From Octopus bimaculoides (lineage: Eukaryota): DNA of 64,000 bases. Location: NCBI RefSeq assembly GCF_001194135.2, contig NC_068983.1, positions 34,764,995 to 34,828,994 of the forward strand, written 5' to 3'. Made by a program: the position numbers and the translations under genes. The notes under the pieces are model-generated. The model was given only the letters and a program-made list of their open reading frames with translations, did not search any database and was not told the DNA's origin. Of this stretch, positions 1 to 12,360 are shown piece by piece. Positions within the stretch are counted from its first letter, which is position 1; the number at the start of each line of letters is the position of its first letter.

Positions 1-550
1 ACGGAAAAAAGAGAAAATCCCCGTCTCAACCCCACAGGCCCCGATACACCAGAAAAGAAAAAAACCAAAGACCCAACCCCGCCCCATATCCCACCCTGAT
101 ACAAACTTAATGGCTGCTAATGCCAGAAAAAAAATACACTTTTACAAAAAATAAAAATATATAGCAACAGCCATCCAATTTTGCATGCACACCCCTCAAA
201 CAAATCCAAACTTTCAAAATAGACGGTAATAACAATATGAACCTAAAAACAGAGTTCCAAAATGACGTAAGCCCTCTGAGGAAAGATTTTTCTCCTCAAA
301 TTTATGAGGGCCTCGTCATAGCGACCTCACAAGCCTCAAATTAAATGGAATGAGATGGGCTAACACCCATCTCTACCCAAGGTAAGTTAATTTTTGTTCA
401 TGCTTACACTCAACATAGGGTGTTTATATGTTCGTAGCCTGGAGTCGAATTTGAAGCAAGGGCGTTTCCTCAATGACCTTAGGTCGCATAGACTGGATGT
501 GGTAGCAGTTACAGAAACCTGGCTGAATGGACCGGGTGCATTTTCAGGGA
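1..550 (+). mobile_element. LINE fragment (L1/Tx1-like): ORF1 3' end plus start of ORF2 APE endonuclease, truncated
   Basis: ORF 394-711 begins LTLNIGCLYVRSL...LNDLRSHRLDVVAVTETWL, matching the APE N-terminus (xLNxxGL ... LxET). Upstream is basic/Pro-rich, C/A-rich sequence. Similarity is lost after about 550. Clade assignment is inference. Confidence 0.7.
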
Positions 551-1049
551 AGAAAATAACTATGCGATCGGTCTGCTACATCAGAGGCAATTCTAGGCTA
601 AACAAAACACAAACATGCTTCACACTAAAAGATTATCTACTAAATAATACTAATAAATTTGAAGGTATATCTTCGAAGTTTCATTCCCTGGTAAAACTCC
701 ATGTGTTTTAAACATTTTCTCGTATGCTTTATTTAAAACATAAAGATTGTTCAGACAGAGTTGTGTCTCTTAGCTAAAGACCTAAAACTGCGTGACCCGT
801 CCTCATTTTCGAGGATATTTTTGTATTAAAAAGGAGTTGTTTTGCAAGAAAATATACTTTATTTGGCATCGAAAAATTACTAAATCTTTTAATACCTCAT
901 ACGTCAAAATCGGCAACCCAATTTTCGAATCCATAAGAAACATGCGCGCTCGGGAACTCACACTCATACACACAAACTCTGTTTTATATATTAAGATATA
1001 TTCCTCAGTGTGTTATTATTTGTAATTGTATGCATGTGTCCATGTGCAA

Positions 1050-1290
1050 GTATGATCATTCCTTATTCCACCCTATGCTTTGGAGATCAACTGATAAGTT
1101 TTCCATATATTCTTATTCCATATCGCCTGTCCGTCGCAGGAAGACTCATTTTTGTCAGCTGAGCGGACTGGAGCAACGTGAAATTAAGCAGTTTGCTCAA
1201 TAACACAACGCGTCTTCCGGTCCAGGAATCGATACCACAATCTTACGATCAGGAATCCAACACGGTAACCACAGGGCCACGCGCCTCCAG
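1050..1290 (-). mobile_element. tRNA-derived SINE with CORE-like segment
   Basis: Minus strand reads TGGAGGCGCGTGGCCCTGTGGTTA (A box) ... GGTATCGATTCC (B box) ... TTGAGCAAACTGCTTAATTTCACGTTGCTCCAGTCCGCTCAGCTG. The central part is shared with the copy at 17428. Confidence 0.75.
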
Positions 1291-1299
1291 TATCATTAT

Positions 1300-1850
1300 A
1301 AAGCATCTCAGGAAAGCAAACGTCTCGTCCCTTAACAAGTACTCTTCGTCTCAGTGGGGCAACGAAAACTTTATTTCTAATCAAGGAAGGGTTTAACTTG
1401 TAGTCTCTTGTCAAGCATAACCACCTAGAGCGGGTCTCATTTGCCATGTTTATTTGCTTAGTAACTTTCTTCAAGTGTTTGTGTTCCAGACAAATTTTCT
1501 GCACGAAACAGAGCACCGGCCTATCTGGCAATTCACAGCATCCGATTCCTAAAGGGAATGAAGCCCCCTGCAACCTTTGGAGAAAGGCTTATTCAACCAA
1601 GTCACAACATTTCGTCTTATTTTTGCTGTTAAGAAATGTCTATTATGCCTTCCTAATGCACAGATTGAACACACGTGTTGTGCAGACTTCCTTCTGGCAT
1701 TGGCCAATTATGAAACACTAACGCCATACAATTTAATATTGCAACCAATAAAATTGTATAGATATCGCTTACATTTCTTACTTTAGAAATGTTATCTACC
1801 GAACAATGCGTTTGGTTTTGGGATTTGGCTTTCAAGATTCTTTATGTGAG
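1300..1850 (-). mobile_element. Decayed non-LTR (RLE-class) reverse transcriptase thumb region
   Basis: Minus-strand translation KCKRYLYNFIG...WLNKPFSKGCRGLHSL resembles the PxxxGGxGL motif after the RT domain of R2/R4/NeSL-type elements; multiple stops. Confidence 0.4.
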
Positions 1851-3084
1851 TTCGTGTGTTGAAGCATATTCTGTTCTGTCTGGGGAGAATCATTTTCTTT
1901 TTGTGCCTTATAATTCAACACACTCACCGGTAAATAAGAAATAAGTGGAACACAACAGAATGCGTTTTGTGTATCAGAAATAGTATTCAACAGTCAGAAT
2001 CATTCCACCATGTTTTAGTTCTAGTGCCAGTGCTACAAAAACCATTTTGTGTTCGCGCTTCAACTAATTTACAATGCAGGCCGTCCAACAATGTTTGCAT
2101 CTTCTATGTGCATGAACTTAAAACAAAAATAGGATTGACATAATCTTTCAAATAACGTTTTCTAATCAATCCACATAATAGTATCTTCTCATATCTCTAG
2201 TATCACTATTTATCTTTGTGGCTACATGAAACATCAGATACGTAGACATATAGAATGATGAAGGTTTTGTGGACAGCATGATTCACACAGTGTATTTATC
2301 ATTATATGTATATCATTGAGTATGCATGTATATTATAGTTTTATAGGGTCCATTTGCGCCCCTGTCAAGAATTAAAATGTGTTATTTGCTTTCTCTTTTA
2401 TGAGCTTTCCTTCAATTAGTTTCATGTATAACATACATATGAAGTTCCACTGGAAACATACCATAAAAGATATTAAGAACTAAGAAACAAAGTATCTTTG
2501 CATTTGCGTCTAATGTGTTGGTTACATATGTCATTCCCTCTTTACATTCGATCAATGTGACACGGTGCGTCATATGTTCAGTGTGTGTGTGTGTCTGTGT
2601 GTGTGTGTGTCTGTGTGGTGTGGTGTGCGTGCGTGAGCGTGTTTCTGTGTCGGTGTGTGTGGGTGTTTGTGTGTGTGTTGATGTGTCGGTGTGTGTATAA
2701 CTATTGTTGTATGCTTCGAAATTACTGCATCTTTTATGTCTGTTTTTCTTTTCTCCCGCTATTTGTTTCACTCCACTTCTCCCGCTCTGTCCAATCTCTT
2801 CCCATATATCTTGATATTGTGAATTGCCCGTTTCTTCGTAGAAATCTCCCTCTATATGTATGTATGCATGTATGTATGTTATCAATCAGTTTCATTTCTG
2901 TATTTCTTGTTCATAGAGAAATAGCCGAACTCTAACATAGATTCAAGGCTCCTTCATTGGAACTTTTATCAACATCATCTAGGTATTTGTGCATATGTGT
3001 GTGTGTGTGTGCAGTATTTGGTGTTAGTGTATGCGCAGATTTGTATGTTTGTTTTATAGATGCGTTTTTATGTCTAGATGCATG

Positions 3085-3335
3085 CATATGTATTTATGTG
3101 CTAAATTTTTGGAAAGTTTTACATATCTTTACAGTTCCATTGATGGCTTGAATCTGTAGTCTTCTAACCAGCCTTTTTCTTTCAGGTTTTGAGAACCCTA
3201 ATTTTTCCAGGTTTTTTGTTGAGGCAGTTCGTTACATATCCCAATGCCCCAACAATCACGAGTATGAATCTGAACTTGTAGTTTGGGTGGAGTATCTGCA
3301 AATTTCTCAGTAGCTCGGATTAGTTGTTCTCTTTT
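3085..3335 (-). mobile_element. R4/Dong-like LINE 3' end (RLE C-terminus), decayed
   Basis: Minus strand gives SELLRNLQILHPNYKFRFILVIVGALGYVTNCLN, the typical PxxxGALG end of the restriction-like endonuclease. Confidence 0.55.
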
Positions 3336-3578
3336 TCTCTATGTATGTATGTATGTATGTATGTATGTATGTATGCATGCATGTATGCTTGTATGCATGT
3401 ATGCACCTATGCATGTAGGCATGTATTATGTACGTATGTATGTATGTATGTATGTATGTATGTATGTGTGTGTGTTTTTGTATTAGTGTGTGCTATATTA
3501 TAATAAATTAATGTCGAATAGTGAGAATGAGTGTTAAACAGTGCATTGGTCGCTAAATATTTCTTTTACTTGTGGGTT

Positions 3579-3722
3579 AACTAGGCTATCATGTCTTTCA
3601 TGTTAATGGAGGTATATCTCTTAACAATTTTCAAGCTTATTGCATAGGACGTTGGTGGTCGTCTCTATCGAAAATTGTTAAGAGATATACCTCACTAACG
3701 TGAAACCAATGGTAGCCTAGTT
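3579..3722. mobile_element. Short MITE-like foldback element
   Basis: About 55-bp inverted arms (3579-3633 / 3670-3722). The inner 24 bp GAGGTATATCTCTTAACAATTTTC are perfectly inverted. TTAA (3577-3580) and TTGA (3721-3724) overlap the ends. Confidence 0.7.
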
Positions 3723-3769
3723 GATTCACAAAAGGACATATATGCATACATACATATATATATATACAT

Positions 3770-3835
<66 letters not shown>

Positions 3836-4168
3836 CACAAATAATATGTGAGTATATGCATATATACGTGCATGTATGTACATACCTACATCTACATGTA
3901 TATATAGAGGCATATCTGGGTACAGGACGTCACAAAAAGACGTGGAGAAACTGAAAAACAGAACATAAACAGAGCACAGAAAACACACAGGCCACATAGA
4001 GAACATTTCCTTCAACATATGTATATATATTCTTACAGATATAGGGTAAAAATTAATAATTAATTAATGATTAGTGATTGTACGAAGTAGTTCGGTTTGT
4101 TAAAAAGGCCATTATCGGTAAAAAAGTTATATAAACATAATTAAAATTAGGGTTTCAGCAAAAATTAC

Positions 4169-4584
4169 TTCACCACACACCGAAACTTAGAAATAACAGT
4201 CAAAACTACTATTTCTCTACCAAAATATGACTCCGCGCGTGGGTAATTGAGGAATGATACGATTTTCTTACTCGTCTATATGAATGCGGAAATGCTGTTC
4301 TTGGATAATCGTTTTGATGTCGCCTGATCGAATTAATTATTCTTTTATAAGCATTCTCGGATTTATAATTTTGAAATACTGTACTGACGAAGGAATTAAG
4401 TTCGGGTAATATAATTTACACCACTTTAATCATGAAACGCGTATACAGTTAATCAAAGCCGGTTGAATTCGTTATTTTTTTCTTTTTTGCCTTTGAAGTT
4501 GCGAGTATTTGCCGTCTGAGAGTCATATTTTGGTAGAGAAATAGTAGTTTTGACTGCTATTTCTAATTTTCGGTGTGTGGTGAA
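4169..4584 (+). mobile_element. Non-autonomous element with 65-bp inverted ends and internal hammerhead motif (PLE-like)
   Basis: 4169-4233 is a near-perfect inverted copy of 4520-4584. No target-site duplication is visible. A hammerhead motif lies at 4378-4449. Confidence 0.7.
4378..4449 (+). ncRNA. Minimal type I hammerhead ribozyme motif
   Basis: Stem I ACTGTA/TACAGT (6 bp perfect); core CTGACGA (4384-4390); imperfect stem II; GAAAC-GC-GTA with palindromic stem III (ACGCGT). Predicted cleavage after GUA at 4443. Confidence 0.65.
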
Positions 4585-4689
4585 ATATATATATTATATT
4601 ATATTATATTATATCATATTATATACTACATATTAAAAAAAGCACAAGCCACATCATCGGCAACAATTTGCATACCACCTACACTTCGT

Positions 4690-7140
4690 AATCTGAATGT
4701 ATATGTCCAGAGGTTACACAGCTTCCTGCAGGACTTTTATGGAATATGTGTCTTGGCATGGTTAGACTCATTCTTTATTTGTAATGCAGATCTCAAGTCA
4801 TGCCTGTTCTATTTGTGCGCCATATGTCGACTCTATCTGTGCAGAGGTCTGTCAATAGAGCATATAGAACAATTAAAAGAATTACAGAATGCACAACTGC
4901 AACTTATTTAGACAGTAACTGTTGTACACACGAACACGCGCACTCTACAGCAGAAGGAGGTCTTTCCACCAAGTGCCAACGATGCGTTCACAAACGCTAA
5001 GCGGTCTGGTTCACAGTTATTTCTTCGCAAAGTCTCAATCTTTACCCCTATTGATTTTATACTTCACTTCAGTCAGGAATACATTCACGAAAGGTTGACG
5101 TCTAAAATATCTTCCCTTCGTTTGTAATCCTACAACTTTTCACGAGAATTAAAATTGGCATCTTCAATTTCAAGATGATTAATGAATTCATTAGCTCTAT
5201 CCCTCTATCTAGCACAAACAAAAATCGAAACAGCACATTCGCACTCGCCAATATGATTTGTTAGTTTCCGCATATTATGAACAGCACAGTGACGAATGTT
5301 TCGTTAGTGGAGGTCCTACACCGTCTACAGATCCTGAATATGTGTATCTGAAGTAAGCTTGGAGCCATGGTTATTTGTTTAAAGTTGCTCGAATGATTTA
5401 TTTAATGATTTATAATTGACTAAGAAGGATGCAAAGCTTCTCCCCTGAAGACTGTTGGAAGGCTGTTTAGTTGACCATGTAATTAGGCTTTCAGTAAAAA
5501 TAAACAAGTTCTAATCGAATCTATATCCAGCGACCAGACCCGGCCGCCATGATGAAACACTTTCTATTCCTGTCACCAGCTGCCATAAATGACGGAATGT
5601 ACGTCGACGAAGTAGTCGTTCTACAGATTTTGGATAAATTCTGAAGAAATATTTACTCAAAATATTTACTCAAAAGTTTTTGATTACATTAGAGACATAT
5701 CGGTAATGATGTTTAAAATGGTAGTCTTACATACTCTCTTTTGTTACAAATGTTCTCTCCATCATTCTACATTCTTTTTGTAATGCGAAAGGTAAACATT
5801 GAAGACGGTTTTATAAATATATCCACTGAAATGAAAGCGCGTGAATTTGGCATGAAGATATGGTAGCGAATTTGTTGGTTATTGCATCACATTAACTCAG
5901 ATTATATTGGTACAAAATTGCTCCAAATGAGAAACAGGCGGATTGATTATGAAGCTTTACATACACAAAAGTAGCGCTTCTATAGGTAGCTACAGGGATA
6001 CGAAGTAATTGATGTACTGTATACAACACTTTTTCCAGCCATTTGTGTTCATCAAATTTTACTTTTGTTTAGCCAGGGTAAATTTCAGTCAGCATAGAAA
6101 GCACGAAGCAGAATTAACACTGTGGAATATGTGATTTTGCAGGATACCTGAAGAAATATTATTAGCATTCTCGACAGCAATTCATTAGAAACAGCGTGTT
6201 CAGTCTTCACAACAGATTTACATAATCGGCCAAGCTTTTCGCTGTGTATCCCAGTTGCTTCATATAACAATATTGATCTCTTATAGCTGCGCAAAACTTA
6301 TTTATAGAAGGGAGAAGATATTGGATATTGTTACGTTCATGACATTTCCAAGAGTATTATCACCGCATTTGAAGTTAAATGGCTTCAATAGAGAATCGAT
6401 ACTTGTCCATGATTTCTACTAACCACAAGCTTATATATTTTTCTACTACACTTGCCAGACTTTATATAACAATATAACAATTACGATGATCTTTGATCTT
6501 GTTAGTTCCACCTCAGCAGTCTAGAAAATTTCTAATTCTTTCTGCCATCTCAGTGGTCTATAGAACTGGTTAGGTAGTAAGCATTATAATCAATCATATT
6601 TTCTTCATATCATATTTCTCATAGTCATTCATGATTCATGCCTTTAAAAGATTTGGATTTTTATGCGTTCTCTAACTACTTTCTTTAAGATTTCTTTTTC
6701 ATGATCAGAGATTTTTGTTGTTGCTTGAATCCTGGCCAATGCTGATAGCCTAAAAAGACATAAAATCCCATGATTTCCCAACAAAATAAGATTATTTTTC
6801 TCGAGACAAAATGTAACATGGGTTACATTAACAAATATGCCCTCTTTTAGTGATAATAATATATTAGTAGTGATTTGGGTATTACTTCTAGTAGGTTGAG
6901 CAAAACCTGTAGAAACTCTTTCAATTGTTGTATCCCTTATTTACGTAAGGAGAAAATTAAATAACCGTTGTTACAGGAATGCTTTCCCTCAACAACGTTA
7001 GTTGAGGATAACATGAAACGAAATAGCTTCCAGATATCATCATTAGCAACGTTAAGGCTTGTTACAACGTAGAGTAGTTCAAAGTGTTCAATGGTTTCGG
7101 ATTTATTCTCATCCATTAACATTTAATAGGAGAAATTTGA
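4690..7140 (-). pseudogene. Unidentified decayed coding-like tract (possible transposase, retrocopy or endogenous viral remnant)
   Basis: 2.4 kb free of microsatellites and SINEs. Protein-like stretches of roughly 35-90 codons switch frame on the minus strand (e.g. IRDTTIERVSTGFAQ...KKVVRERIKIQIF; KVKFDEHKWLEKVLYTVHQLLRIPV). No family motif recognised. Confidence 0.2.
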
Positions 7141-7228
7141 TTTCTTCCTTAAACAAAAATCATAATTTTAGTATATGAATTGAAGTAGGTCCAGCACATG
7201 TGCTGTGTCTATGCTACAGGAAAGCCAT

Positions 7229-7284
<56 letters not shown>

Positions 7285-7286
<2 letters not shown>

Positions 7287-8135
7287 AAACTTAATTACAG
7301 GATAAAATCATAAAAATTGATGGATTTTATCAGTGGCCAGCATATAAAAACCTTTTAGGTAAAATACATCTATGGAGATATATAATTGTACAGGGTACAT
7401 TTATACTTAAGGGCTACCATGCCTATATGCTGAAAGAAAACGCCGAATTTGTCCCACCACTTTAATTGTTCACTCCACATATACACACGAGTTGAAAGCG
7501 GGAAACTAGACTGACTAAAAGTTCATAAAATATTTCAGCTAGTTTTGGATTGATCAATTTCTGGATTATTTTGATAACTGGATTAGTTTGATAACTTTTC
7601 CTTCATCAGCAAAACATACTAAGTGAAATAAATGAAAATGTTAATACATACCCACAGAAAAGCACGCACAAAATGTGAGTACATACAAATATTAGCAAAT
7701 ATATATTCATCGAATTTCGCAGTCCACCTCCAGACGAGTGAATCTGGTGAGAATAGTACACTGGTAAATAAACTAACCCAAAATGAATGGGTTATGTTTA
7801 AACATAATTACAGTTTAAAGACATCAGAATTAATAAATTTCATCAGTGGCCAGCATATAAAAACCTTTTTAGGTAAAATACATATAGAGAGATATATAAT
7901 TGTATGGGGTACAATTATACTTAAGATACAGAAGCTACCGTGACTACATGCTGAAAGAAGACGCGTATGTATATGTGTGAATATTTGTGTGTGAATATAT
8001 GTGTGAAAATTAACTGAATTATTTTAAGAATTTTTAGTCACTCTACTCTCCCGCTTTCAAATTGTGTGCATACGTGGAGTGAACATTTCAAGTGCTGGGA
8101 GGAATTCGGCGTCTTCTTTTAGCATATAGGCTCGG
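7285..8135 (-). mobile_element. Non-autonomous PLE-like element with terminal direct repeat, inverted 5' extension and hammerhead motif
   Basis: Direct repeat about 7285-7445 / 7808-7965; inverted repeat about 7418-7545 / 8005-8135; hammerhead motif on the minus strand at 7542-7615. Confidence 0.65.
7542..7615 (-). ncRNA. Minimal type I hammerhead ribozyme motif
   Basis: Minus strand: GTTTTG-CTGATGA-A-GGA...TCC-A-GAAA-TTGATCAA-TC-CAAAAC. Stem I is 6 bp perfect; stem III is a perfect palindrome (ATTGATCAAT); the stem II loop carries a 17-bp tandem duplication. Predicted AUC cleavage at 7548. Confidence 0.7.
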
Positions 8136-8669
8136 TATATATATATTGTAGTCGATTCACACTGTCGCAAAATCTCCGTCACTGAGAAGGCTTTAGAAAT
8201 ATCGACCTTAAAAAGTAATAACAGAGAAACTGAATGTAAAGATCTTCATATTACAAAACTAACATGATACCCACCGATTCTACATCTACATTAGATCTTG
8301 GGATCATTAACATTATTCTAAAATGTTTTCACTATTTCAGTCCATGTATACCTGTGTGGTTGTGTGCATGCACGGGTTTCTTTTGATCATATGGAATATG
8401 AAAATGGACAAATTTATTTAAATGAATAAATAATACATAATTCAATATAGCGCCAAAGAGTCTAGTTAATTAACGAATGGTTTTAAACCCTTAAGAAATC
8501 TTGTCTGAAATGCACTACATACGATTTAGCTTTGAAAAATCGGGAGAAGATGAAAAGAGAAGAAAGAAGAACCGATAATACATATGTTGTAATGTATTAT
8601 AGCAAATATTCATTCGCTCGTGAATTGCACAGCAAGCGATCAACAACGAAATTATACAAAATAGAAAAT

Positions 8670-8759
8670 AGTCTTGTGAATGGATTTGGTAGACAGCAAC
8701 TGAAAGACGTCCGTCGTATATATACATATATATATTGTGTGTGTGTGTCTGTGTGTGTG

Positions 8760-8807
<48 letters not shown>

Positions 8808-9003
8808 TGTCCCTCCAGCATCGCTTGAGAACCTATGCTGGTGTGTTTCCGTCCCCGTGACTTAGTGGTTCAACAAAATCGTCCGATAGAATAAGTACTA
8901 GGCTTAGAAAGAATAAGATGTAGGGGCGATTTGCTCGACTAAAGGTGGTACTCTAGCACGGCCGCATTCAAATGACTGAAACAATTAAAAGAAAAAGAAT
9001 AAA
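8670..9003 (+). mobile_element. tRNA/CORE-type SINE with internal (TA)n(TG)n tract, 5'-truncated copy
   Basis: GGATTTGGTAGAC...GTCCGTCGTA, then a microsatellite, then TTTGTCCCTCCAGCATCGCTTG...GACTGAAACAATTAAAAG and an A-rich tail. Same layout at 10135 and 58170. Confidence 0.8.
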
Positions 9004-9336
9004 TAAACTCGATGACTTAGAATTCTTGCGGCTCTTGCCACAAAATATATAAGCTTTTTTTATATTATATTACAAATTGTAATTACTGTTCTATCAGATT
9101 GAACGAGATAGTACAATGTCATCGCTTTCAAAGCCAGAAGTAAAGTGATTCAATGAGCCGTAGGTACTGGGTAAGAGCAACAGCGTGTTGGAGAAGTTCT
9201 CATTGCAGCAAATTTCATGGTTCGATTCCACAGGACAGAGCTTTGGTCAATGTCTTCTTATCTCATCCTCCATTAAAGCCTAGCAAGTGAAACTTTTTTT
9301 ACAAATGCCAAATTTCCATCAGACCATCAAGATATA

Positions 9337-9502
9337 TAGGCGCAGGCGTAGCTGGGTTGTAAGAGGCTTATTTCCGCGCCACGTAGTTCCAGTTTCAGAC
9401 CGATTGCGTGGCACCATGCGGCAAGTGTCTTCTACTATAGCCTTAGGCCGACCAAAGCCTTTTGAATGGATTTAGTAGAGGGAAACTGACAGAAGCTCGT
9501 CA
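9337..9502 (+). mobile_element. 5' half of the same SINE family (tRNA head + CORE-like region)
   Basis: GGCGCAGGCGTAGCTGGGTTGTAAGAGG...GGCAAGTGTCTTCTACTATAGCC...AGAAGCTCGTC followed by (TG)n. A more decayed copy lies at about 9150-9330. Confidence 0.8.
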
Positions 9503-10036
9503 TATGTGTGTGTGTGCGCGTGTGTGTGTGAATGTGTGTGTGCGTGTGTGGGTGAAGAGACAGTCAGACAGACAGACTGACAGAACGAGTGTGTTTTTGT
9601 GAGTATAAATGAATATATATAAATATGTGTGTGTTAGCGTATGTGTATGACACCCCATTTGCTTCACCAGTATATCTCGCCTCACACTCACACGAGATTA
9701 CCAGATCTCGCTTCCTCATATACATACTGTTATTTCATCCACCTAGCAATTACAAATACCCACTCCACTTCAGCTCGTGCCAAATTTGAGACACTATTAC
9801 TCTTATATACTTCTGCCATCATAAATTCTGTCTAAAGAATAGATTTCTAATCTGCTTCCTAATTTTTCAGCAGGCTTTTGGGGGTTTTCTTCACTCCCAC
9901 CCTACACCTTTTTTTTCTCGATTGAAAGATTGGGCCCGAAAATGTTAAGGCACATTCTGTATCCATTAAAGCATGGACCAAATATTGTTCAACAAATTTG
10001 TTTTCACATTTCCCATCTATTCTTTTCATTTGCACT

Positions 10037-10089
<53 letters not shown>

Positions 10090-10134
10090 GTGTGTGTGTG
10101 CGTGTGTGTGTGCGTGTGTATGCGTGTGTGTGTA

Positions 10135-10540
10135 GCTAGGCTCGGGTGTGGTTTCGTGTGATACAAAGCTTGCTTCACAAATACATGCTTCTCCAATTCA
10201 GTCTCACAACGTGGTGCGTTGGGCAAGTGTCTTCTACTGTATCCTGAGGCTGAAAACTGAAACCCCATCGAATATATGTGGGTGTGTGGGGGGAACTTGA
10301 CTTTGTGTGTTCTTATGTGTGTGTTTCTAAGTGTGTATGTATCTTTATGACTGACTTAGTCCAGAACCACGATTTGACAACTGATGTGTGTTGGTTTACG
10401 TCCTCGTAGCTTACCTGGTGGGCGAAAGACGCCGATAGAATGAGTACCAGGCTTAGAAAAAGTTCTCGGGTTGATTTGTACGATTAGAACTCTTTAAGGC
10501 GGTCCACAGCATGTCCGCAATCAAATGACTGAAAAATTAT
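10135..10540 (+). mobile_element. SINE copy with internal TG-rich tract
   Basis: 5' half (GGCAAGTGTCTTCTACTGTA) and 3' half (GATAGAATGAGTACCAGGCTTAG...GACTGAAAA) are separated by a TG-rich spacer. Confidence 0.7.
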
Positions 10541-10543
10541 AAG

Positions 10544-10581
<38 letters not shown>

Positions 10582-11739
10582 TATATATGTATCTCTCTAT
10601 ATATATATACATATATATATGTGTGTGTGTGTGTGTATGTATGTATGTACGTATGTATGTATGTGTACGTATGTATATGTATAAATAGATGGATTTATTT
10701 ATACAAGATTGTACGTGCAACTGCGTGGGATGAATGAAATCAGTACAGTTTTTGATTACGTTCCGACTATTACATAAACTATAAGCAATATGAATGGTAA
10801 AAAATCTGTGAAAGTGTTATCCTAGCAAGCAGCCCAATAAATGGTTTCAGTCAAATAAAGATTAAGTGAGTGTATATTTCATACAACACCAATCAATTAG
10901 AAGCTGGTAATTATTCTTTTTTGTAAGCCAATAAAGATTCATGCAATACCAAGTGGAATAACTGGACAGATAATTTTCCCTATTCGATGAACATCATATG
11001 CAAATATTTCAAGCGGTGAAATGTTTGAGGTGCTATATCGCCGAATATACTCTTTCGTATGATTTTTCCGGCCCACTGCTTCCTGCGTTCCTATTATATA
11101 ACTACCAAGAACATTTTCCATTTTCACTAGTTTCCTAAACTACAAGTATTCATTGATAAAAGAAAACAAAACACAAAACAGCTTCTAATGAATTTCCCCC
11201 AGATTTTATTTATTTTTACCTTTAATGAAACATCTCCGTAAAATTGTATCTAATAAATAAAGCACACGTCATATCATTTTAACAATTTCAAAAAAGAATG
11301 AAATGATGCTATAAATCATTACCTCCAATTTGAAATTTCAAAAACTTCATATAAGAGAAAACAATTGAAATATGTAAATTTTGTGCATCAAGCCCAATTT
11401 TTGTAATCACGCCTTATATGAACAAATTATTATCTCTCTTCCATCATTAGGGATACTACTTTAACATATAAGCCGGAATATCTTAGTTACCAGATGAGAA
11501 TATTTCGAGCAAATAAGCAAATATATTTACTGGTGACCAACCCTCAGGAAATTATTATTTCTAGCTACCAAAATACATATACAACTGCACTTTACACCTA
11601 CAGAATGTTCGGACTCAATCTCAGGATTTTTAATGCTGTTTTCTCTCAGTAACAGGCTTGATGTATTGGTGAACAGGCAACGGTGTTGAAGAACATAAAG
11701 GTTAAACTTGTAATAGAGAAGTTAGATGTTATGGAGGAC

Positions 11740-12360
11740 TGAAAAGAGTCATCATGACAATTCGGATCATGTATCAAAATACCGATATCATAAGTGCTGC
11801 TAAATATTCTATGAACACTGTGAATGCTGTAAGACGTGAAATGGACAGCTGCAACGGAGACTACGAACAGTGGCCAACAGAGAAGTAATGAGATTTGGGT
11901 GTGCTCCAGTGAGTGAAACATCATGTCGCTCCAGATCTTTGAACAGGGCCTTAGGCTCAGTCGAGACAGCTATGTGAAGTTGCATGAGACTGGTAAAAAT
12001 CTGGATGGACAGGATTGCTGCTAGAACGCCATATGTGTATTAGCAGGATCTGCCCCCTTGCCATACCTCCAGAAAGAGTCAGAAGGGATTGTTTGGAGAA
12101 TTTCGACGCTTTCGCCAGCCCCAACTTCTGGTCTCCTACTTCTCCCATTTGCAATCCTATGGTCACAATGTGTGAGGCCCGTTTAAAAAAACATCACCTG
12201 CTCTGCCTAAAACACTAAGGCCGAGCTGGTGGCAAAAACCAAGTAGGTGTTCGAAGGTCTTTCCAGGGACACAGTGAGGAAGGCATGCACCAGTTTCCGC
12301 ATCCGTCTTGAGGTCGTGGGTGGTGGAAGCTGAGGGCAGTTATTTTGACTATTTTGAGTC
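11740..12360 (+). mobile_element. Tc1/mariner superfamily transposase remnant (maT / DD37D-like)
   Basis: Frameshifted translation PYVY*QDLPPCHTSRKSQK / ENFDAFASPNFWSPTSPICNPM / ...ACTSFRIRLEVV..EAEGSYFD matches the QQDxAPxH and WPPxSPDxNPxD motifs. Confidence 0.8.

Noticed and set aside
6143-6200. CTGAAGA...GAAAC hammerhead-like spacing
   Set aside because: The triplet would be GUG (not cleavable) and there is no stem I pairing.
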